Positions 56,695-64,000 of a DNA stretch of 64,000 nt are shown here, in pieces; position 1 is the stretch's first letter; each line of letters begins with the position of its first letter. The notes beneath the pieces were generated by a model. The model saw only the letters and a program-made list of their open reading frames with translations. It had not been told where the DNA came from and made no database searches. The position numbers and the translations under genes were made by a program. The stretch spans positions 317,278 to 381,277 of the forward strand of contig CAWAWS010000020.1 of NCBI GenBank assembly GCA_963785725.1, given 5' to 3'. The DNA comes from an uncultured delta proteobacterium. Its GTDB lineage: Bacteria > Myxococcota_A > Polyangia > Palsa-1104.

Positions 56695-58050
56695 CTTCGT
56701 ATCACCTCGTAGTTCTTCGTGATTCTCAAACACTGTACCAAGGACTGTACCAAGCCCCGCGGGCACGATGGGCCGCACGCAGAGCTTGGACAGCTCGTCG
56801 CATTTCAAAGCCCACAGAGGCGAGTTGTAGAGATCGATGATCTCGCCCTTCTGGCCGTGCGTGATCCCTTGCAGGACGTCACGGCGCGCGCCGTCGTTCA
56901 GCGCCAGCGTGATCATCGTGCGCCGTGTGTCGTGGACGCGGCGCGGACGCAGCTCCAGGCGCACCAGGTCGTCGCGCAAGCGGCTGTAGGCTTGGCTCGG
57001 CGTTCGGAAGGATCCGTGGTCCTTCGTCTCGCGCTTGCTCTTCTGAAGTCCTTGGCAGACCGCCGCCCGCGAGACGCCGAGGCGACGCGCCAGCTCCGCT
57101 TGGGTCGTGTGGGGCGAACCCGTGAGCAAGGCAGCGTAGTCCGGCCGGCCGTCGAGCGTGCGCTGGCCGATCTCGCGCGCAGGCACGATCAGATCTTCAG
57201 GCGTCGGCTCGCGACCCATCAAGGTCTGCCATCCGTCCTCGCGCCAGCTCTCCAGAATGCGCGCCAGCAACGGATGCACCGGGACTTCGCGCGGAACGTT
57301 TGTTTTGACCGCCTTCACGCGCTGAAGCCGAACGCTGTAGCTCTCCCCGACGCGCAGACGGCCAAGTGGACGCGCCGACGTGTCGTAATGCTTCCAGCGT
57401 AGGGCGGCGCACTCGCCCCACCGCACGCCTGTCATGAAGAGGATCGAATAGATGACGCGGCGATCTTCGGGGATCCGTTCATCCGAGATCAGCGCCTCCA
57501 CTTCTTCGCGCGCAAAGACTGCCGTCGGCCGCCAATGGGGATCCTTGTCCATCTTTTCCGGCAACTCGCCGCGCTGGAGCAGGCACGGATTAGAATCGAT
57601 TAGCTCGTCGACCTGTGCGTCGTGGAAGAACGTGTGCAGCATGGCGTAGACGTTTCGCAACGTGCGCGGCGCCATCGGCTCCTTGCCCTCGCGCAGCTTC
57701 CGCACCAGATCGCGCACGTGACGCGGGCGTACATCATCAAGCTTCAGCTCGCCGATGAGAGGTCGCACGTGCATGCGAAAGCGCGCTTTGTCGTCGATAG
57801 CGCTGGTAAGCCCGCGCGCTTCACGAATACCGAGCCAGCGATCGGCGTAACGGCCCACCGTCAGCGGGCCTTGCTCGCCTGTCTCGCCGAGATCGATCAG
57901 CGCGCACACCTTCGCCTCGGTCTTCTTTAGCAGGACTTCGGCATCCTTCTCCTGCCCAACGTCGAGACCGGTAGGCTTGTTCTTCCAGTCGCCGGCGACG
58001 TTCTTGTACTTCATCCATAGCTTGTGACCCCGTGCGAAGATCGAGCCCAT
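56656..58050 (-). CDS. int: tyrosine recombinase/integrase with internal HTH insertion
   Basis: Catalytic R (GVRWGE), K (VKTN), HxxR (VHDTRR), H (ITHG), Y (IIDLYN); SAM-like 'LKLDDVRPRHV'. Confidence 0.92.
   Translation of the reverse strand: MGSIFARGHKLWMKYKNVAGDWKNKPTGLDVGQEKDAEVLLKKTEAKVCALIDLGETGEQGPLTVGRYADRWLGIREARGLTSAIDDKARFRMHVRPLIGELKLDDVRPRHVRDLVRKLREGKEPMAPRTLRNVYAMLHTFFHDAQVDELIDSNPCLLQRGELPEKMDKDPHWRPTAVFAREEVEALISDERIPEDRRVIYSILFMTGVRWGECAALRWKHYDTSARPLGRLRVGESYSVRLQRVKAVKTNVPREVPVHPLLARILESWREDGWQTLMGREPTPEDLIVPAREIGQRTLDGRPDYAALLTGSPHTTQAELARRLGVSRAAVCQGLQKSKRETKDHGSFRTPSQAYSRLRDDLVRLELRPRRVHDTRRTMITLALNDGARRDVLQGITHGQKGEIIDLYNSPLWALKCDELSKLCVRPIVPAGLGTVLGTVFENHEELRGDTKLRRQDSNLWPGD
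56732..56754. repeat. 11-bp direct repeat, candidate integrase arm-type sites
   Basis: ACTGTACCAAG at 56732-56742 and 56744-56754, ~40 nt from the tRNA end. Confidence 0.65.
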
Positions 58051-58265
58051 TAGCGCTTCTCCTTCCGTTCTGGCTCGTAGTCGGCCAAGAACTTTTCGAC
58101 GATCATGCGGGCCAGCTTGCTGCGCCCGACTCTGGTTTCCTTGGCCATCGCCTCGAACTTGCGGGCTTCGGCACCGGCCAACCGGAAATTGATCTGCGTC
58201 GCTCGCTGCGTTTCGGGCACGGGTAAGCCCAGCTCGCTGAGCTTGCTCTCTCCAGACCGCGGCAT
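58050..58265 (-). CDS. ribbon-helix-helix (CopG-like) DNA-binding protein
   Basis: 'TQINFRL...ARKFEAMAKETRVGRSKLARMIVEKFL'; stop overlaps the int start. Confidence 0.7.
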   Translation of the reverse strand: MPRSGESKLSELGLPVPETQRATQINFRLAGAEARKFEAMAKETRVGRSKLARMIVEKFLADYEPERKEKR

Positions 58266-58330
58266 GACCCGTACCGTATTACGGTTCGCATCCCACGATC
58301 AAGGGCCCCGCCTGCTTGTGCTACTCCGCG

Positions 58331-58657
58331 TCACATCGCAGCCAGTGCGGCGGCTCTCTCATCGAGATCGACGACCTTGGTCGACGTCAGTCCATCCATG
58401 AATGTGTCCAGTTCCGATTGTCGAACGCGGTGGTGACGTCCCGCACGATGGCCCTTCAATTCACCCTTCCGAATCCACCTCCGGATGGTCGCTTCATGAA
58501 CTCCGGCCGACCTGGCGGCCTGCGATACCGTCAGGTATCCGCCCTCATCAGCTCGCGTAGGAGCAACTAGCGCCGTCACGCTCTCTCTCAATGCCGATCG
58601 TAACTCGTCGCGGACGACCTCTTTAACCACCTCGCGAATTTGCGTCTCGATACTCAT
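58331..58657 (-). CDS. excisionase-like HTH protein
   Basis: 'YLTVSQAARSAGVHEATIRRWIRKGEL...HRVRQSELDTFM'; GGAGG RBS. Confidence 0.85.
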   Translation of the reverse strand: MSIETQIREVVKEVVRDELRSALRESVTALVAPTRADEGGYLTVSQAARSAGVHEATIRRWIRKGELKGHRAGRHHRVRQSELDTFMDGLTSTKVVDLDERAAALAAM

Positions 58658-58735
58658 CGCTGGACCTCCAAGCCGTAGTTGTGGCTAATCGTGTCAGACA
58701 TTCTCGTGGAGCGGGCATCGCATTACGAGGTGCGA

Positions 58736-59110
58736 CTATTCGGTTCTGCACGCTCGGCTCGAACAAGGACCGAGAGCGCGCGGTCTCAGTTTTCGCGCCG
58801 GCTCACCAGGACCCTCTAAGGTCGCGGACACCGGCCTAACGCGCGCGAACGATGGCAGGATTGGATAGTCGATATCGGGATCGAATCGACCCCGTTCGCG
58901 ACGTGTCAGATAGAGCAGGTAGTCGAGCCGGCAATAGAACCGAGGATCCGATGCCGGCAGGACGCCGCGCTCGTAGCGTGGCGTCGATGCCAGCTGCGGG
59001 TTGCGCGCCTCGATGATCGAATTCAGGAACCACTCGTGCTGCAAGAGCCGGCGTTGATGCCGCTCGGCTTGCTTGGTGACCAGATCGGGACCCGTACGCG
59101 AAAGCCTCAC
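58736..59110 (-). CDS. hypothetical protein
   Basis: GTG start within a GTGA overlap; 124 aa; no recognisable motif. Confidence 0.5.
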   Translation of the reverse strand: MRLSRTGPDLVTKQAERHQRRLLQHEWFLNSIIEARNPQLASTPRYERGVLPASDPRFYCRLDYLLYLTRRERGRFDPDIDYPILPSFARVRPVSATLEGPGEPARKLRPRALGPCSSRACRTE

Positions 59111-59366
59111 GCTTGCACCCGCGCGCGTCCACAAGCAGGTTCTTGGCGGCGATCAACTGCTGGGCATAGGCGTCAGTGTGGCCACGCCCCTGCTGATCGT
59201 GGAAGCCTCCGCGCGTGACCTCGGCCTTGATCCGTGCGCGAAATGCCGCGCGAACGTCGGCAGCGCCGGCTGTCAGCGCTACGCCGAGCAGCGCCGCCGC
59301 ATCGCGCGCTGCAGTGTCAACGTCATCGCCGTGTGACGCATCTGCCGTTGGCGACTGCCTCTTCAC
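59107..59366 (-). CDS. degenerate J-domain-like protein (probable frameshift near 3' end)
   Basis: 'ALLGVALTAGAADVRAAFRARIK...FHDQQG...AQQLIAAKNLL'. Confidence 0.5.
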
Positions 59367-59499
59367 CGAGTGTCGTGCAGCCAGTCCACGAGCGCGCTAA
59401 TGCCCGATTCGCGAGCGAAGATAGCAGCGCTCGAAGCGGGTCTCGGAGGTCACGAGCGTCGGAACGGAACGGATTCGGAATCGTCGTCTGAGATTGCAT
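59323..59499 (-). CDS. small hypothetical protein
   Basis: GGGAGG RBS, then MQSQTTIPNPFRSDARDLRDPL...; 3' end uncertain. Confidence 0.45.
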   Translation of the reverse strand: MQSQTTIPNPFRSDARDLRDPLRALLSSLANRALARSWTGCTTLGEEAVANGRCVTRR

Positions 59500-59510
59500 G
59501 GTTCCTCCCT

Positions 59511-60015
59511 TCAGGCCCACAGCTCGAACGCACCGACGGTGGTACGCGCACGTTGGCCATCACGAATCCAATGCTCGCGCAGCTGCGCCGACGTGAATCG
59601 ATATCCTTCACGATGAGCGGCGACGAGCTTGTCTTGCACGCGCGGCTCGAAAAACGAGGTAGCGCCACCGGTCGGATCGGCCGACTGCGGCGCCCCGAGC
59701 ACACGCACAGCCAACTCGCGGTTGACGACCGTCGACGGGCGCGCCGACGAGAACGGCCGGCCGTGGCAGCAAGGGCCGCAAGTCGGCGTGCAAACCAGCT
59801 GGCGATCGACGTCCCCTGTTTGCGCGCGCGGTTGCGGACGCACCAGGCGATGGCCGTTCTTTCGACCTCGCTGTAGCCGTCGGCTTCGCTCGTGATGACG
59901 CGCGCCAATGCGTCGACCTTGTCGCGGGCGCCGTCCTCGTCGGGCGAGCGCTTGCGGCCGACGAGCCACGAGATCCGACGGCCCCGAGCCCAATCCACGC
60001 CAAGGCGCGGCTCAC
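59511..60015 (-). CDS. SleB/Hydrolase_2-like cell wall hydrolase with N-terminal membrane anchor (apparent frameshifts)
   Basis: 'LARVITSEA...AIAWCVRNR' and 'DPTGGATSFF' in adjacent frames; N-terminus 'SRALAWIGLGAVG'. Confidence 0.7.
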
Positions 60016-60239
60016 GACTCGTCCTCTTGGAGCGCTTGTCGGTGTGCTTCGATCGCGGCGCTCACGTCGTAGATATCGAGCGTCCGTTCGTGGCTCGCGC
60101 TCATCGAGAACGCATCCAGCGCGCGTCCGTTCTCGTCGAGGATGTTCACTATCGTCCCACCGTGCCAGACGAAGAGCAGCCCTCGCTCTTCATCGGTGAC
60201 GACCAGACGTGCGCCATCCAACTCAGAAAAGAGGCTCAC
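60012..60239 (-). CDS. hypothetical protein (acidic, 75 aa)
   Basis: GTGA overlaps on both sides. Confidence 0.65.
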   Translation of the reverse strand: MSLFSELDGARLVVTDEERGLLFVWHGGTIVNILDENGRALDAFSMSASHERTLDIYDVSAAIEAHRQALQEDES

Positions 60240-60808
60240 GAGCGCGCCCGCCCGTTGTTGTCGTCGTTCCTATCGCGCTTGTCGGCGGCGGCTTCGAGCT
60301 GGCGGTTCAGCTCGGCACGACTACGCAGCCCATCGCGGCTGGGCGCGACGGCATCCAGCGCCTTGACCGCCAGCCACAGACCTCCGCCGACGAGCAGAAG
60401 CTTTAGCGCGTCATTGGCCTTTTCGGCCGCGATCGACGAGCGATTGGTCAGCCAGTGCCAGTCTTGGCTGAATTCGCCGGCCAGCTCACGAAGGAAGCCA
60501 GCCGCAGGCTCCGCGCGCTGCACCTCGCCCGGAAACAGATTGGTGCGCGCTCGGTTTTGCGGAGCGCCGGGCAGGCTCTCCTCGACACGGTCCGCCAACA
60601 GCTCGGTGTCGCGGGCGACGCGCGCACGCTCCAAGTCGTTGGTCGCCCGCATCCACTCCAGCTCCAGACGCTGCAGCCCTTTACCGATCGCGACTGTCGG
60701 TTCGTCGCCAACGTATCTCAGCGGATTCCACTGCGCTGGCTTCGTGGAATCGACTGCACGCTGGACGTACGCAGCGGCGGCATCGTATCGCTCATGAATC
60801 GTCGCCAT
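60236..60808 (-). CDS. hypothetical membrane protein
   Basis: 190 aa, helical, TM 'LLLVGGGLWLAV' near the C-terminus. Confidence 0.7.
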   Translation of the reverse strand: MATIHERYDAAAAYVQRAVDSTKPAQWNPLRYVGDEPTVAIGKGLQRLELEWMRATNDLERARVARDTELLADRVEESLPGAPQNRARTNLFPGEVQRAEPAAGFLRELAGEFSQDWHWLTNRSSIAAEKANDALKLLLVGGGLWLAVKALDAVAPSRDGLRSRAELNRQLEAAADKRDRNDDNNGRARS

Positions 60809-60828
60809 GGCCAACCCTCGTGGGAATC

Positions 60829-60867
60829 GGCGGGCGCCCCGCGCCAACTACACAGGAGGCGCCCGCC
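60829..60867 (-). terminator. hairpin between element genes
   Basis: GGCGGGCGCC...GGCGCCCGCC 10-bp stem. Confidence 0.45.
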
Positions 60868-60889
60868 ACTGTTGAGCTACGGTCGTTCG

Positions 60890-61224
60890 TTAGAGAGGCT
60901 GGATGCCCTGACCTGCCGAGAACCGCGCAGTCACCGCGACGCGCAGATGCTCGGGCGCCAGCTCGACCCACGGCGCATAGCGCCACGGTAATGTCACTGT
61001 CACTTGGTCGCCGCCGTGGAGCGCGCCGTTGACCAATCCCGTCGCGATTTGGGCTCGCCGAGGGTGACGACGAGCTCCAGGTCATCGTCCACGCCGATGC
61101 ACGGGTCGACCTCGACGGCGCCGAAATAGAAGTCGACGCGGCTGTAGCCTTGGGGCACGACGAAGGCGACCGGCGCGCCGCTGGCGGAGTGCATACGCTC
61201 GCTCAGTAACGGCTCGTCGATCAT
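60890..61224 (-). CDS. hypothetical beta-rich protein (one apparent frameshift ~61045)
   Basis: MIDEPLLSERM...VDFYFGAVEV...LELVVTLG / GDQVTVTLPWRYAPWVEL...VAVTARFSAGQGIQPL*. Confidence 0.55.
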
Positions 61225-61232
61225 GTCGTCGA

Positions 61233-61868
61233 TCAGCTGCTCGTGTGCGCGGGCCGCCCGCGCACAAGCCGCGGGTTGTAGGCGTACGCCTGCACCAGCT
61301 TGTCGCACGGGTCGCGTCGGCGCCGACCGTCGACGTCTCCGTGCTCTGCGCTAGTCGTACGGTGGGCGTCGTCGGTGCCAGGCTCGCGGTCGTGGTCGCC
61401 GAGGCCGAGGTCCCCGCGCTGGCCGCCGTGCCCGCGGTAGGACCGGATGCCGCGCTGGCTGAATCCGCCAACGTCGGTGGAGTGGCGGCGACGGCCGGCG
61501 TACCGACGTTGATGATAATCTGGCTTGGCGGCACCGTGGTCGCTGCGGTCGGCGAGACTGCTACGCCACCATTGCCCGGTGTGGCCGTCGAGTCGATCGC
61601 TCCTTGACTGCCAGCATTGCTGGCCGGAAGTGCAGCGATTGTCCCCGTGGCGCTCGCCGGCGGCGAGCACGTCGGCGGCAATGCCGAAGCCGTGGACAGA
61701 GGATACGGAAGATCATCGGGTAAAGATGCTGTTGAACAGGCCGTCCCGCGCCGTCGGCTGATAGCTGCCTTGCGAGCAGTTGGCGGCCCGGGTCGGGCAA
61801 TTCGGATCCGTCGTGGTCGCCTGCCCCGGATACGGCGTCGCCGTGGGCATCACGAAATTCCAATTCAT
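61233..61868 (-). CDS. hypothetical Ala/Thr/Ser/Pro-rich protein (apparent frameshifts)
   Basis: GGAGGG RBS; MNWNFVMPTATPYPGQ..., low-complexity stalk, C-terminus 'DPCDKLVQAYAYNPRL'. Confidence 0.55.
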
Positions 61869-61921
61869 GCCGCGTCCCTCCATCGTGCGTCGCTGCCGGG
61901 GCGAACGCGCACTTCCTGAAG

Positions 61922-61955
61922 CGGGAGCCGCGGACGAGTTGTCCCGCGGCTCCCG
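61922..61955. repeat. strong inverted repeat in element intergenic region
   Basis: CGGGAGCCGCGG...CCGCGGCTCCCG 12-bp stem. Confidence 0.6.
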
Positions 61956-62021
61956 TCGAATCACTGGCGGGAACCGCCGATGTCAGACATCCACCATCGC
62001 CGAGAGCGAGGGCGGAGTCGA

Positions 62022-62623
62022 CTACAACGCGCGCGCCGGCGAGCTGGTCGTGCGGCCCGGCAGCGCGTCGATGATCGTCTGCGCCGACGCGTAGCCGAGC
62101 AGCACCATGCCGAGGTCCTTGTACAGGTCCATCCGGCGCTGAAAGCGCTGCTGGTTCTGGTTGTAAATCATCATCCACTGGTTCGCCGTCGCCTCGGGCA
62201 GACCGTCGGGCACCGTCGGCGGCTGCGGCTCGTCCGTCAGGTACGCGGCGGCGACGAGCACGCCACCGACGACCGGCGCGATCGGATGCTTCATCAGCGA
62301 CTCGATCGGCGCTCGCCCTTCTGCTCGACCGCGACCTCCGGCCCCGCCGCGGGTTGAGCGGCCGGACGCGCCTGCGGACGCGCACAACCGGCGCGACTGG
62401 AGCCGGCGTCGCCGCGGGCGCGCTCGGCTCCATCCACGCGCGCTTCTGCCAATCGTACGTCCAGCCGGCGAGCGGCCCGCCCGCCTTGCCGATCAGTCGA
62501 TGCGACGACGGCACTTACTCCTTGCCCGCGTATCCACTGACGTCCGTCCCAGCTCACGCGCCCGTCGCTGGCGTCGATGACGGACCCCGCGGGCGGGTAA
62601 TAGGAGTAGTGACGGACGGCCAT
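62022..62623 (-). CDS. one or two hypothetical proteins; C-terminal part has two hydrophobic segments (frameshifted)
   Basis: AAGGAG RBS before ATG 62623 and before GTG 62514; 'GWTYDWQKRAW', 'PVVGGVLVAAAYL', 'DLGMVLLGYA'. Confidence 0.55.
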
Positions 62624-62779
62624 AGCTCCTTCTTCCTGCCGTCTGACAAGCGACGGCCCTTGGTCGCCGTCGGCCATCCGCGTCGAGTCTCCCGGCTCGG
62701 CCACGACCTCGCCCCATGCGCGCCGCTCGTCGAGCGCGGATGTCGCGCCGTCGCTGAACCGACGGCGGAGAGTCCCGAA

Positions 62780-63712
62780 CTACTCGGCGCCGCCGTTCCG
62801 TCGCGTTCGTCGTCGCCATACGCGTTACGCTCGTCGTCGCCGTCGGAGTCGCGTTCGTCGTCGCCGTACGCGTTTCGCTCGTACTCGTCGCCATCGGAAT
62901 CGCGCTCGTCGTCGTCGGCGTTGCGCTCTCATTCATCGCCGTAGGCGTTGCGCTCGTAGTCCTCGACTTAGGCGTTGCGCCGGCTCTTGGGGCCCGACGA
63001 ACCGCCGGTCGCGTCCGCGCGATCGACGCAGGCGTAATCGGCACTGCGAACGCCGGCGACGGCAGTTCGCGCGTGCTCAGCTGCGTCTCGACCAGCACTT
63101 TGCGGATCTCCGAGTGCAGCGCGGTCATGAGGTCGCACGTCTGCTTGTGGCGGTCGTCGTCTTGTCCGCCAACTGCGCGAGCGCGGCGTTCAGCTCGGTG
63201 CGCGTGACGTACGGCTGCGGCGAGTCGCCGTCCGCCTGCCGCTTGGGGGCATCGCGCCGCCGCATCGTCCGCACTTCTGCTTGCCTACAACCCCGCGAGC
63301 AATTGGACACCGGCGACCCCATTCCGCCGAGTCCCGCGGCGAAGAACGCGTCTTTCAGCATCGGGTTCGGGAAGAGCGCCGAGCCCGAGAACGCCAGGCC
63401 GCCAGTCGCCGCGCCCGCCCACGCCGGCGAGAGCCCGGCCTTCTCGGCGACGATCAGCGTCGCGCCGCCGCCGGCCCGGCGCCGCCCATCAGCAGCAGCT
63501 TGTTCGTGCGCGGGTTGTTGAACACCCCACCACTCGCTGTCGTTGTTCCTGCCGCGTCGCGGCTTCTCTCCGGCGTCGTGTGGATCGTAATCTCCTCGCG
63601 CAGCGGCTTCTGTGAGCCTCGGTTCGGCGCCACTGCGGAAGCGTGAGGTTGGTCGCCGTGACCGCCGGGTGCTCTTTGATCCTCGGATTGCTCGCTTGCG
63701 TTTGGCCGCCAT
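62780..63712 (-). CDS. basic N-terminus / Gly-Ala TM segments / helical region / acidic ERNAYGDD-repeat protein (frameshifts and two in-frame stops)
   Basis: AAGGAG RBS; MAAKRKRAIRGSKSTRRSRR..., 'AWAGAATGGLAF', 'YVTRTELNAALAQLA', repeat tail at 62800-62985. Confidence 0.55.
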
Positions 63713-63729
63713 CGATTCTCCTTTTTGAG

Positions 63730-64000
63730 TTGTTCCGACTGCTTGCTTGTGCTTGTTTCCCCCGGTCGGCGAGTTGCGCGCCTGCGGCGGCGCTGGCCGA
63801 GGGCGACGACTGTTTTTCGGGCGCCGGCGTGGTTGACGATCTGCCGAGCACATGTTCTCCCCGCCACCGATCGCGTCGGCGACCTTGCCACCCGTCGACT
63901 GGCCGAGGTAAAATTGCAAAATCGGCTTGCCGATGACGCGGTGCACGCCCTGCAGGCCGCTCGCGATTTTGATCCAGGCTCACGTTGCGCCTCACGTCGC
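63730..64000 (-). CDS. 3' part of a hypothetical gene entering from beyond the window
   Basis: 'GLQGVHRVIGKPILQFYLGQSTGGKVADAIGGGENM'; end uncertain. Confidence 0.35.

Larger units (their letters stand above)
56656..64000 (-). mobile_element. integrated element (provirus-like) at the tRNA-Asn 3' end; continues past the window end
   Basis: Integrase abutting the tRNA, RHH, excisionase, cell-wall hydrolase, co-oriented small unknown ORFs, visibly less GC3-biased codons. Confidence 0.85.

Noticed and set aside
61870..62020. Riboswitch upstream of the 61868 gene
   Set aside because: Several hairpins are present but match no riboswitch consensus I can recognise; an Rfam/Infernal scan would be needed.
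62800..62985. Short repeats as a mini-CRISPR, or TAA/TGA stop-codon recoding
   Set aside because: Units are 21-27 nt codon-phase repeats. The two stops differ in type and neighbouring genes end normally with TAA and TGA, so error or decay is more likely.

Overview
High-GC bacterial chromosome segment, most likely Myxococcota (inferred from a TIGR02266/PilZ-like protein, kinase-ATPase-TPR, multi-domain DsbA and PTS/rpoN synteny). Single-base frameshifts are common, even in pyrG, rpoN and hprK, so most are probably long-read errors. Layout: (1) 1-10.6 kb accessory region with fused IS66/IS481 remnants, a thioester-less alpha-2-macroglobulin-like gene and a 12-repeat surface lipoprotein. (2) A cspA-infA-RRM cluster, an MDR reductase, two Cys-containing lipoproteins and a six-gene minus-strand run ending in a kinase-ATPase-TPR and a B12 radical SAM gene. 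(3) A thiol-redox cluster (4-domain DsbA, glutaredoxin-like, TlpA) around aroF. (4) The pyrG-rpoN-hpf-ptsN-hprK-rapZ-EIIA-ptsH-ptsI block, lacking the kdsA/kdsD/kdsC/lptCAB genes usually found between pyrG and rpoN. (5) HD-GYP, pfkB, accC, ggt and amidohydrolase genes. (6) From 56.66 kb to the window end, an element integrated at tRNA-Asn. Its tyrosine integrase reads through the att site into the tRNA and carries an inserted HTH. The element also has RHH and excisionase genes, a SleB-like hydrolase, several unknown small membrane proteins, a basic/TM/acidic-repeat protein and a recurring TGTCAGACA palindrome. This element, possibly an undescribed non-tailed provirus, is the best candidate for a new system; no capsid or packaging gene is visible in the window. 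Family assignments are by motif recognition only; no searches were run.
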